NCBI GenBank assembly: GCA_038087875.1
Contig: CM075991.1
Location: forward strand, 4,836,001 to 4,900,000
DNA: 64,000 nt
Source: Malacoraja senta
Lineage: Eukaryota
Direction of reading: 5' to 3'
This document shows, piece by piece, positions 53,860 through 64,000 of this stretch. Position 1 is the stretch's first letter. Each line of letters opens with the position of its first letter. The position numbers and the translations under genes were made by a program. The notes beneath the pieces are model-generated. The model was given only the letters and a program-made list of their open reading frames with translations, searched no databases and was not told the DNA's origin.

Positions 53860-54590
53860 ACTTAGTTTAGTGAAGATTTGTTTCGAGATATAACGTGGAA
53901 ACAGGCCCTTCAACCCATCAAGTCTGTACCGACCAGCGATCACCCCGTACATTGCACTATTCTACACTCCAGAGACAATGTACTATGGTTTTTTACTGAA
54001 GCCAAATTAACCTACAAACCTATATATCTTTGGAGTGTGAGAGGAAACTGGAGCAGCTGGAGAAACCCCACGCGATCACGGGGAGAACGTACAAACTCCA
54101 TACAGATGCACCCGTGGTCAGGATCGAACCCGGGACTCTGGCAACTCTACTGCTGCCCAACCGTATCACCCATAAACAGCAGGGATGCTGTCCCTTATTT
54201 ATTTAACTTAATTTGAAGCATTAATTACTTTCTGGTATCATGGGGTAGCAGATGCTGCAATATTGGTGTCCAGTACAGACACATTGAACTCCCCTTTTGT
54301 ATTTCTATTGTGTGTTTCACAATTCTGGTATTGATTGTTGAAATATACATCTTGGAAACAGGCCCTTCGGCCCACCGAGTCCACGACGACCATTGAACGC
54401 TCATTCACACAAGTTCTATGTTGTCCCACTTTTGCATCTACTCCCTTCACACTAGGGGCAATTTACAGATGCCAATCAACATTCAAACCCACATGTATCT
54501 GGGATGTGGGATGTGGGATGAAACATAGTCAGCAAGATTATGATCGAGATCAAGATTAAACCTGTGTCTATGGCGCTGTGAGACAGCCCC
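53860..54590 (-). mobile_element. Two HE1-like SINEs (~53860-54170 and ~54340-54590)
   Basis: Both show the ggaaacaggccctt..gccca tail and V-domain remnants. Confidence 0.75.
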
Positions 54591-54631
54591 CTTGATATCA
54601 CATGGAAAAGTACAACCAGTAAAGTACAGTA

Positions 54632-54775
54632 TAAGAAGGAACTGCAGATGCTGGAAAATCGAAGGTAGACAAAAATGCTGGAGAAACTCAGCGGATGAGA
54701 CAGCATCTATGGAGCAAAGGAAATAGGCGACGTTTCGGGTCGAGACCCTTCTTTAGACTGACATGGGGGTGGGGG
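54632..54775 (-). mobile_element. Penelope pseudo-LTR unit (further units at ~1365-1500, 5960-6020, 14780-14815, 34710-34790, 43900-44030, 48130-48270, 50720-50825 and 62185-62300)
   Basis: Shared motif gaactgcagatgctgg...gctggag(a/t)aactcagcggg..gcagcatct.tggag...gacgtttcgggtcgagaccctt. Confidence 0.75.
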
Positions 54776-54864
54776 GAAAGATAGATCATCCATGATGGAA
54801 TGGTGGAGTAGACCCGATGGGCCGAATGGCCTAATTCTGCTTCTATGACGATGAACCTATGACT

Positions 54865-55370
54865 TTGGGAATTACGCCCCTGTTCTGCTTTGAAATGGTG
54901 TCAGGATTGTTTTTACTTCTACTTGAGGTGATAGACTGGACATTGGTTAAATAACTTGTTTAAGAAGGAACTGCAGATGCTGGAAAATAGAAGGTACACC
55001 AAAATGCTGGAGAAACTCAGCGGGTGCAGCAGCATCTATGGAGCGAAGGAGATAGGCCTTTAAGAAGGAACTGCAGATGCTGGAAAATCGAAGGTACACA
55101 AAAATGCTGGAGAAACTCAGCGGGTGCAGCAGCATCTATGGAGCGAAGGAGATAGCTTCGCTCCATAGATGCTGCTGCACCCGCTGAGTTTCTCCAGCAT
55201 TTTTGTGTACCATTGGTTAAATAACTTGTCTTAAAGATGCCACCTATGATAACACAGCACTCTTTCAGTAATGCACGAGTATTGTCAAAAAAAAAATTCT
55301 AGTCTGTGTAGATGAGTTCAGATCAGTGATCTTCTGGCTTGGGAGAATGTACCTCTATCTGAGCCATGGC
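54865..55370 (-). mobile_element. Ancient DeuSINE (SacSINE1/AmnSINE-like) remnant split by a Penelope insert; related tail at ~45000-45160
   Basis: The sequence resembles the reverse complement of the Deu domain (cccctgttct.ctttgaaat.gtg.c..gat..tttta ... aaagatgccacct..ga.a..cagcactct.tcagta.tgcac) and a tRNA-like head ending ctgagccatggc. Recognition is from memory. Confidence 0.5.
54960..55210. mobile_element. Penelope-derived element: two tandem units plus one inverted unit
   Basis: 19 bp TSD CATTGGTTAAATAACTTGT (54941-54959 and 55211-55229). Confidence 0.82.
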
Positions 55371-56414
55371 AAATGGAAAACCGATTAAAGTAATGAAATT
55401 GCGACCCCATTCACATTACTTGATATCTAGAACTCCACCTTCCACCCCAGATATCTGATATTTGCCCACTATCCACTATACCCCAATTTCTTTAACTCAA
55501 TATCTCAATATCTCCAATTTTAATTTCTCCTTCTCGAGACTCCAGTCCTGAGACCCCACCTTTGGGCTTCAATTGAGACCCCAAATATTACAATTTCTCT
55601 TGTCCCTCCCCTGCTCCCTCACTCTCCCACCTCTCCAGACCTGATTGCAGATGTAGACTTACTATGTTTATCTTTGTACACTTAAAAACGCACATGTGCA
55701 AATGTGTGTGACATACCACCATTCATACATTAGATCTTTGTCACCCACTACTGATTGTTGCTGCATTGTGCCTCTGACCAAAATGGATATGGTGGACTTT
55801 GGGGTGTCCCTTTGCTGTGTTGCTACAGGTACAGCAACCCAGCTTCAATCCTCATCTCCGTTGCTTTCTGTGTAGAATTTTGTACCTTCAAGTGCTCCAG
55901 TTTCCTCCCACATGCCAAAGATATGAATGTTGGAAGGTTAATTGACCACTGTAGATTTCCTCTGGTATACTGCGTGTGGGAATGAAGGACAATAAGTTAT
56001 AGGAAAAATTAGTGGGTAAATGGGAAGCTCTGACAGTTAGCATATCAAATGACCTCTTCATAATGAATGGAAATAAGCCAGGAGATATCAAAATAGGATC
56101 TACAATATGAGCATGTGAGTTTACCAGTGGGCCTGCTAACGAGGCAGTTAATCGAATCATTTTGAAAATCTCACGGGTTGATATTCATTGTGGTGATTTA
56201 GAGCTGCCTTACAACACATCTCCAGTGTTTGGATTATTCTTTGCACTATAACCTTAGGTAATGTTGGCAGTGCATTGTGCTTGCCCTTATCAGCTCTGGT
56301 CATAACATCCAGCTGTCTTCCATCACATGCTCCAGATCAGTTTGAGCAAGCTGGGGAATTGGAGTAGGGAGAGGGCCAAGTGCCTTAAGGCTGTAGTACC
56401 ACTGAGCTGATTAG

Positions 56415-58193
56415 TCAAGTCAAGTCAAGTGAGTTTATTGTCATGTGCCATTGCACACAGAACATAGTAGGCATTTACTACAAAACAGATCAGTGTGTCC
56501 ATATACCATAATATAAATATATACACACATGAATAAATAAACTGATAAAGTGCAGATAACAGATAATGGGTTATTAATAATCAGAGTTTTGTCCGAGCCA
56601 GGTTTAATAGCCTGATGGCTGTGGGGAAGTAGCTATTCCTGAACCTGGTTGTTGCAGTCTTCAGGCTCCTGTACCTTCTACCTGAAGGTAGCAGGGAGAT
56701 GAGTGTGTGGCCAGGATGGTGTGGGTCTTTGATGATACTGCCAGCCTTTTTGAGGCAGCGACTGCGATAAATCACCTCAATGGAAGGAAGGTCGGAGCCG
56801 ATGATGGACTGGGCAGTGTTTACTACTTTTTGTAGTCTTTTCCTCTCCAGGGCGCTCAAGTTGCCGAACCAAGCCACGATGCAACCTGTCAGCATGCTCT
56901 CTACTGTGCACCTGTAGAAGTTAGAGAGAGTCCTCCTTGACAAACCGACTCTCTGTAATCTTCTCAGGAAGTAGAGGCGCTGATGAGCTTTCTTGATAAT
57001 TGCATTAGTGTTCTCGGACCAGGAAAGATCTTCAGAGATGTGCACCCCCAGGAATTTGAAGCTCTTGACCCTTTCAACCATCGACCCGTTGATATAAACG
57101 GGACTGTGGGTCCCCATCCTACTCCTTCCAAAGTCCACAATCAGTTCCTTGGTTTTGCTGGTGTTGAGGGCCAGGTTATTGTGCTGGCACCATATGGACA
57201 GTTGCTCGATCTCTCTTCTATACTCTGACTCATCCCCATCAGTGATACGTCCCACCACAGTGGTGTCGTCAGCGAACTTGATGAAGGAGTTCGCACTGTG
57301 ACCGGCTACGCAGTCATGAGTATAGAGTGATTACAGCAGGGGGCTGAGCACGCAGCCTTGAGGTGCTCCCGTGCTGATTGTTATCGAGGCTGACACATTT
57401 CCACCAATACGAACAGACTGTGGTCTGTGAATGAAGAAGTCGAGGATCCAATTGCAGAGGGATGCGCAGAGACCCAGTTCTGCGAGTTTGGTAACCAGCT
57501 TGGAGGGGATGATTGTGTTAAATGCCGAGCTGTAATCGATGAATAACAGCCTGACATATGAGTTTTTGTTGTCCAAGTGGTCCAGAGCGGAGTGGAGGGC
57601 CAGCGAGATTGCATCCACCGTTGATCTGTTGTGGCTGTAAGCGAACTGCAGTGGGTCCAGGTTTTTGTCGAGGTAGGAGTTGATTTGCTCCATGATCAAC
57701 CGCTCAAAGCACTTCATCACCACGGGTGTTAGTGCCACAGGTCGATAGTCATTGAGGCACGTCACCTTACTCTTCTTGGGCACTGATATAATTGATGCCC
57801 TTTTAAAGCAGGTGGGGACCTCAGACCTCAGAAGTAAGAGGTTGAAAATGTCCGTAAAGACTCCAGCCAGTTGGTCCGCACAGGTTTTTAGAACACGACC
57901 GGGTATACCATCAGGTCCAGGCGCATTTCGAAGGTTCACCCCTCTGAAGGATCTTCTGACGTTGGCCTCTGTGACTGAGACTGAAATACCATCACAGCAA
58001 ATGGGGGCTCGGGAAGGCACATCAGTGTTCTCCCTATCAAAGCGTGCGTAAAACGCATTGAGCTCGTCAGGGAGTGATGTTTCGCCGACATTCGAGCTGC
58101 CTCCTGGTTTCGCCTTGAAGGAGGTGATTACAGTTAGGCCCCGCCACAGCTGCCGAACATCTGTCTCAACCTCCAGTTTGGAGCAGAAGTCTC
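56415..58193 (-). mobile_element. Rex1/Babar-clade LINE of the same family as 8290-10707, 5'-truncated RT half
   Basis: ORFs 57331..58020 and 56581..57258 are in the same frame, separated by one premature TAA. KFADDT is intact and the C-terminus is RFRNSYFPTAIRLLN. A (CTTGA)n tail reads gtcaagtcaagtcaag on the + strand. Confidence 0.93.
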
Positions 58194-58503
58194 CAGATGT
58201 TCCTCCTGGCTCGACACTACAATAATTAACAAAATGGCTAATGATGAAGCTTCTGGTTAGGTTGCCCTAAAGCCGGTTAAATTAATCAGAGATCTGGCTT
58301 TTACAGACTGCCACAAAATTGGTATAGGGTGAGCCATTTTACGCCCAGAAAACATCAAGTGAAACCAGTTTCTCTTTCTTTATCCTTAATACTCAAAACA
58401 GCATCAAAAGGTATCCAAGAATATTCTCATTGTTTATATTTGTGTCTGGAAACCATATCCTTTTGTCAGGCATTTTAGGCCACTACTATCAAATGTTTCT
58501 TAA

Positions 58504-59085
58504 AGGCCTGTCTCACGAGTCTGCGGTCATTGGCGGCGAAACGGGAAGAATCTGCCGCCATAGACCGCGCACTCATGAGAACGCACAATTCCGGGGTCGT
58601 GCGGCGGTGTTCCCAACACCGCACGGTGCTAAAATAAAACCTACACTGTTGAAAACTATATTCTTACCGCACAACCTCCACCAGTGATGCACGAGTGCGG
58701 CACGGCCGCCCGCACGGGCCGCCGCCAGTGTGGCTCGAGCGCCGTGCGTCAAACTTCCACTGCCACAGCCTCCGCCAGTGAGGCACGTGTGCGGCACAGC
58801 CGCAGGCACAGCCACCGCTACAGCGCCGCGATCAGGACAGCCGCCGCCACAGCCGCCGCTAGTGAGTCACGTACGGCGGGCCGACGTCATCGCAGTCGGC
58901 CCGCCCTTTTTTTTACTTACCGCAAGCACGTGGGACCCGCCGTATTTGAATCACTCGGCCCCCGCGCAGCATCCGTGCGGCGCTCCCGTGGATAGGCTCG
59001 GCGCTCTCGCCGTTGCCGTGCGGTCCACTCTACAGGCGAAGCCGCGCTTCACCGCCGATGACCGCAAACAGTTAAGACAGAGCCT
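58504..59085. mobile_element. CpG-rich ~580 bp PIF/Harbinger-like MITE, copy 2 (complete)
   Basis: TAA|AGGCCTGTCT...AGACAGAGCCT|TTA with ~35 bp imperfect TIRs and internal direct repeats (ccagtga.gcacg.gtg.ggcac). The ORFs inside are GC-driven and have no recognisable domain. Confidence 0.85.
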
Positions 59086-59214
59086 TTACTATATTCTGTT
59101 TGTTCCATCACACATGGATTGTTTATGAACCGTGTTCTCTGTAGTGGCATACTTTTTGCATGGTCCAAGTACATTTTTAACATTACTGTGCCCTGAGGCT
59201 CTGTTAGCTTAGCT

Positions 59215-59735
59215 CTGGTTAGATCACATTTCTGGCTGCCACGTTATAGGGTGCATGTGGAGGCTTTGGAGAGGGTGCAGAAAAGGTTTACCAAAATACT
59301 GCTTGGATTAGGGAGCGTTAGCTAGAAGAAGAGGTTGGGCAAACTTGGATTATTTTCTCCAGAATGCCGGATGTTGAGGGGAGACCTTATAGAAGTAGAC
59401 AAAATTATGAGAGGCGTAGGTAGGGGAGACAGTCAGAATCTTATTCCCAGGGTAGAAATGTCAAAAACTACAGGCCACAGATTTAAGGTAAGAGGGGCAA
59501 CCTTTTTACACATAGAATGGTGGGGTCCTGGAACGTGCTGCAAGGGGTTATGGTGGAGTCTGAAACAATAATGGTGTTTAAGAAGCTTTTAGATAGGCAC
59601 AAGATATGCAGGGAATGGAGGAATATGGGTCATGGGCAGGCCGATGAGATTAGTTTATCTTGGTATTATATTTGGCGCAGATATTGTGAGTCGTAGAGCT
59701 TGTTCCTGTGGTGTATTTTTCTATGCTCCATGTAC
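59215..59735 (+). mobile_element. CR1 3' fragment (others at ~60640-61215 and ~63140-63595)
   Basis: LGLFS.E.R.LRGDLIEV.KIMRG...GHRFKVRG. Confidence 0.78.
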
Positions 59736-60247
59736 TAATATTGTATGTTTCGTCATTCAGATTTACCACAAACCACAGAATAATTTCAATATTTAATTTC
59801 ACGCTGACCCTAGACTATCATAAATAGATTACCTCTATATTACAGGCTGGCTGCTGGCTGTTCAACCTATTTCGCTCTGATCCTAATCTTAATGTTGCAG
59901 TTGATGATGTGCTGCTATTAGCAAAATTGATTACACTACGGTAATTTCTGTAAGGCGTCAAGCTCCTGCCTGTACATTAAAGATGATTTTCATATACTCA
60001 TGGTACTAATAGAATTGGATTGAAGACTGTGGGCACCAGCCCTCCCACACACATGTGGAGAACTTTTGGGTTTAATCTGTGTGCTTTGTAACTTTGTCAA
60101 TGCCCTTTAAGTGGCAACGATTGCATACCTTGGGTATGGCAGCAAAGAATTTCACTGGGACTTGTCACATGTGACAATAAAGTATTAATCAATTAGTTAA
60201 TTAATTTGATCTGCATGAGGGAACAATAGAAAAGGAAATGGCGGAAA

Positions 60248-60630
60248 CCAACCTGACCTCCCGGTGGCTCAGCACTTCAACTCCCCCTCCCATTCCGTAT
60301 CTGACCTCTCTGTCCTGGGCCTCCTCCATGGCCAGAGTGAGCACCACCGGAAATTGGAGGAACAGCACCTCATATTCCGCTTGGGGAGTCTGCATCCTGG
60401 TGGCATGAACATTGAATTCTTACAATTCTGTTAGCCCTTGCCGTCTCCTCCCCTTCCCATCTCTCCCTCAGCCCGCGGGCTCCTCCTCCTCCTCCTTTTT
60501 CTTTTCTTCTCCCTGCCCCCTCCCACCCCACATCAGTCTGAAGAAGGGTTTCAACCCGAAACGTTGCCTATTTCCTTCGCTCCATAGATGCTGCTGCACC
60601 CGCTGAGTTTCTCCAGCATTTTTGTGTACC
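60248..60630 (+). mobile_element. Penelope-like element 3' end with a hammerhead core
   Basis: Same GIY-YIG tail (VAQHFNSPSHS...EEQHLIFRLGSLHPGGMNIEF); CTGAAGA-AGGGTTTCAACCC-GAAA at ~60538-60561; TSD TGGCGGAAA (60239-60247 and 60631-60639). Confidence 0.85.
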
Positions 60631-60749
60631 TGGCGGAAAGCAAAGTCAGAGGTTGAAGGGAGACCTGATAGAAGTCTATGAAATTATGCATTATTGCTGG
60701 CCCTACTACTTATCAAATTCATGGATATGTTGTTTTTGTTTCATTTTAT

Positions 60750-60833
60750 TTATATATTTGTAATTTGCTTGTTTTGTCTGTAAGGTGTCCTTGAGTGTCC
60801 TGAGTGTTCTGAAAGGCGCCCATAAATAAAATG

Positions 60834-60866
<33 letters not shown>
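60750..60866 (+). mobile_element. L2-type 3' tail with (ATT)n
   Basis: tgtaaggtgtccttgagtg..gaaaggcgcccataaataaaatgc(att)10. Confidence 0.7.
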
Positions 60867-60867
<1 letters not shown>

Positions 60868-61256
60868 GGGTAGACAATCAGAACCTTTTTCCCGTGGTGG
60901 AAATCTCAAAGAATACAGGGCATAACTTTAAGATAAGAACAGTAATTTTTAAAAGGAGATGTGCGTGGCCTCTATAACAAAGGCAACTTTTTACACAGAG
61001 GGTGGTGGGTGCCTGGAATGCATTGGAAGGGGTGGTGGTTAAGACAGATATGATAGTGGCATTTAAGAGACCTTTTGTTAGGATTGTGAATACAGTACAC
61101 AGGAATTGAGGTATATCACGCGCAGGCAGAGGAGATTAGTTTATCTTGGTATCATATTCAACACAAACATTGGTGGCCGAAGGACAATATCCCGTGCTGT
61201 AGTGTTCTATGTTCTAAGTGGGGAGCATTGTTCTAGACCGAAGTAACTTTTCACAT

Positions 61257-61780
61257 TGAAGTCTGGCTCAGCCAGTGGCACCTAGGAATAGACTGGGTGA
61301 CAACCAAGAATAGTTTGGTGACTACTGGAGAGACAGTTGACGGCACGGAAAGACGGCACCCGGGACAGGCTGGGTTAGCACCCCAGTCTGTGTCTTTCGT
61401 GAGAAAGACACCTAACAAAGCTACGGAAAGGCCTAATGAACCACCGTGGCCTAAAAATCCATCAGGCGGGAATGAAATGCTTGGAGAAGGAGAAAGAGGT
61501 GCAGTGCACAGGGCCTTGAACCTGGTGAGCCCAGTCGGGATTCACCCCACAGAGCCCAAGTCCCTCCACGCACTAGAGTCTCCCAACCCCTGCAGAGTAG
61601 TTATTAAGATGGCTGATCTGTGGGCGGTTGCTGCTGGGACGCAAGTCGGGGCCTGATCAACCCGGCTGGGTCGCCTGAGCGAGGGTGTCTGATGTTGTGA
61701 GACCCGAAACACCCGATGATCCCAGGTCACACCACTGAGGATGCGTCCCAGCGCATCTAGAGGATGTATATTTTTCACAT
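61257..61780 (+). mobile_element. Internally deleted Hero/R2-clade non-LTR retrotransposon derivative (5' UTR + ORF start fused to ORF end + 3' UTR)
   Basis: An alternative frame reads NHRGLKIHQAGMKCLE (half C2H2 zinc finger of R2/Hero N-termini), fused to ...DLWAVAAGTQVGA* and a structured 3' UTR. Flanked by TTTTCACAT direct repeats (61248-61256 and 61772-61780). Confidence 0.7.
61668..61757 (+). ncRNA. Candidate rearranged (non-circularly permuted) hammerhead ribozyme, copy 1
   Basis: GGGTG-TC-TGATGT ... GACCC-GAAA-CACCC ... ACACCA-CTGAGGA-TGCGTC; stem III is perfect and stem I has one mismatch. Confidence 0.5.
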
Positions 61781-63196
61781 ATCTCTACCTTACCAAACAA
61801 ATCTGTTTGGCCTAAATCCTCTCCCGCACTAGACCACTTTCCATTTGCTGATTAGTGCTAAATTAAGAAGTGCTTTCTTCTTTTGGTTGAAACTGTTGAC
61901 GTCATTGCTGTAGAGTGCACGCAAACAATACATACAGGTGATTTCTAAACCAACCATTTGTGTGGATCTTTATCATGTGGGATTGAAAGGCTAATTTAAT
62001 AATTTACTAATTTACATTAATCTGTCCAATCTTATTTTACAGAGATTTGTTTCAAAAATTAACGTGGTGGAATGACTGTGGTGGTGACAATGGAGCAGAT
62101 AGCTCAAATTTAAAAAAACAATAATTGCATGAAGATTCGAGGAGGGGAAATTGAATTGTGGCTATAAAACTAAATTGGTAATGTCAAAAACAGCAGATGT
62201 TGGAAATCTACAATAAAACAGAAAATGCTGAAAACACCAGCAGGTTAGACAGCATCTATGGAAAGAGGCACAGTAAATGTTTCTGGTCTGAGACTCTTCA
62301 TCATAACTTGGGCATTTGATTGTTCCAAAATTGAAAGATTAGCAAGATTCATCCAGTTTTAATTCAAAAAGGTTTCATAGCACGAAAAGATTGGAAACCA
62401 TCATATTTAGAGATTGGCTCAGGAAAATCTGGAAACCATGTTTGTTTAATAATCTTGTTAAACTCAACAGTGCAAAGATTTGGAAATCCCCAACCACCCT
62501 GTACAGCATCTAACTGGAGACAGTAGTAATGTATGTTAGTGTATGAGTCATGCTGGCAGATATGTATATCTACTCACTGATCTACTCACTGGAACGGTGA
62601 CTCAGAAGAAACTCTTAGGATCATGAAAGGCAGAAGTCAGCAAAGCAGGGAAATGTCAGAAGTAGGTTGGAGTAGTTCAACAGGATGCCACAGGCTTTTA
62701 AGACTCCTCCACAAATTTTCAGATTTTATTTAACCTTTATATTTATGTTGCAATGTTGTAGACCACAGAAAAAATGAACTCAAGCCAAAATGTTGCAAAG
62801 ATAAGCATTTAATTTTTAAATGTGAATCCTTGCTGCTGTGTCTAGGTTTGAATCTATACCTCATATAAATACCTAAACATAACTAGTCACTTTTGTGTCA
62901 TACAACTTTTACCTATATGTGAAGCTCTGCTTTGAAAGTTTATATCAGGTTAGTTTTTAGGTCATGTTGTTATAGTGGAATTTAAAAAAACCACAAGATT
63001 TCTCAGCAATCTTTTTTGTCCCATAAAGCTTCCTGCAGTTAATTCCACTTTGTTATCTGGTCACTGTAAAACCAGAATATGACATTATCTTTTGCTCTGA
63101 ATAGTCGTAAGTAGTAAGGAAGGCAAACACAATGCAAACATTTATTTCTAGAGGACTAGAGTAAAAAAACAGGGCTGTAATACTGAGGCTCTATAA

Positions 63197-63417
63197 AGGG
63201 CCTGTCCCACTTGGCCGTCATTTGCGCGTCATGCAGGTGGCTCGCGAAGATTTTGTGAATCCCAATATCCTGGGGCGCCGCTCGCGACCGCGCGTCACTG
63301 CCTACGCCACCACGTCTCACCACGCGCCATGCACGCATAATGCACGCCATGTGCGCGTGATGCGTAAATGATGTCGCGTAAATGACGCGCAAATAACGCC
63401 CAAGTGGGACAGGCCCT
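63197..63417. mobile_element. 221 bp PIF/Harbinger-like MITE, copy B, inserted in a CR1 fragment
   Basis: TIR AGGGCCTGTCCCACTTGG...CCAAGTGGGACAGGCCCT with flanks TAA/TGA. Removing the element plus one triplet restores the CR1 frame L-Y-K-A-L-V-R (CTC TAT AAG GCA CTG GTC AGG). Confidence 0.88.
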
Positions 63418-63595
63418 TGAGGCACTGGTCAGGAGGTATTTGGAGTATTGTGAGCAATTTTGGGCCCCATATCTGAGCAGGCATGTGCTGGCTCTGGAGA
63501 GGGTCCAGAGGAGGTTTACGTGAATAATCCCAGGAATGAGTGGGTTAACATATGATGAGTGTTTGACGGCATTGGGCCTCTACTCTCTGGAAGGT

Positions 63596-63728
63596 CCTGA
63601 TCAACCCCGCCCGGCTGGGTCGCCTGGGCGAGGGTGTCTGATGTTGTGAGACCCGAAACACGCGATGACCCCAGATCACATCACTGAGGATGCGTCCCAG
63701 TGCATCTAGAAGATGTATATTTTTCACA
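63596..63728 (+). mobile_element. Solo 3' UTR of the same Hero-like element, inserted in CR1
   Basis: Closely similar to 61652-61779; ends atatttttcaca. Confidence 0.75.
63617..63706 (+). ncRNA. Candidate rearranged hammerhead ribozyme, copy 2
   Basis: GGGTG-TC-TGATGT ... GACCC-GAAA-CACGC ... ACATCA-CTGAGGA-TGCGTC; stem I is perfect (6 bp) and stem III has one mismatch. Confidence 0.5.
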
Positions 63729-64000
63729 CGGAATTGAACTTATTTGCTGACAATCTTTTTGCAAGATCATAATCTGTGCTAAAAGATTAAAATCTGGAGG
63801 GATGGTAAAACCAAATCTTATCAGATTTCTTGCACGTAGGTTTGACTCAACTGACTCCTGGATAAGAGACCCAGACTGACTGTTTACAAATCTAGAAAGG
63901 TTGGAGAACAGATTAACAAAGCAGTTGTGTGATTGTGGAAGCAGAGGCATGAAGTAAAATCCCAAGACATTGGGTTAATTGGACCACAATATTTTAGCTG

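Noticed and set aside
11666..55210. Recurrent palindromic ~30-100 bp motif resembling CRISPR or REP repeats
   Set aside because: Dispersed rather than regularly spaced, with no spacers or cas genes, in a eukaryotic context; explained by Penelope pseudo-LTRs.

Overview
Vertebrate genomic DNA with a repeat repertoire typical of a cartilaginous fish, probably a skate or ray (HE1-like V-SINEs, CR1/HER1, Rex1/Babar, DeuSINE and Penelope elements); this assignment is an inference. The only convincing host coding sequence is one internal exon of a PEBP4-like gene (7569-7685, +). No canonical PEBP4 last exon was found downstream, so most of the window is probably a long intron or 3' flank. The rest is a layered mobile-element landscape: two young Rex1/Babar LINEs, CR1, L2, RTE and L1 fragments, a decayed endogenous-retrovirus pol with lokiretrovirus/spuma-like motifs, ancient PIF/Harbinger transposase and Myb relics, and young CpG-rich Harbinger-like MITEs. 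The most interesting signals are RNA-structural. First, the 3' UTR of two Hero/R2-clade derivatives holds all hammerhead ribozyme core elements in a non-circularly permuted order. Second, many short Penelope-derived fold-back elements carry a minimal hammerhead core and have their own 9-19 bp target-site duplications. Third, MITE insertions have TNA flanks that differ at the central base. Coordinates of old fragments are approximate, and all family calls come from motif recognition rather than database searches.
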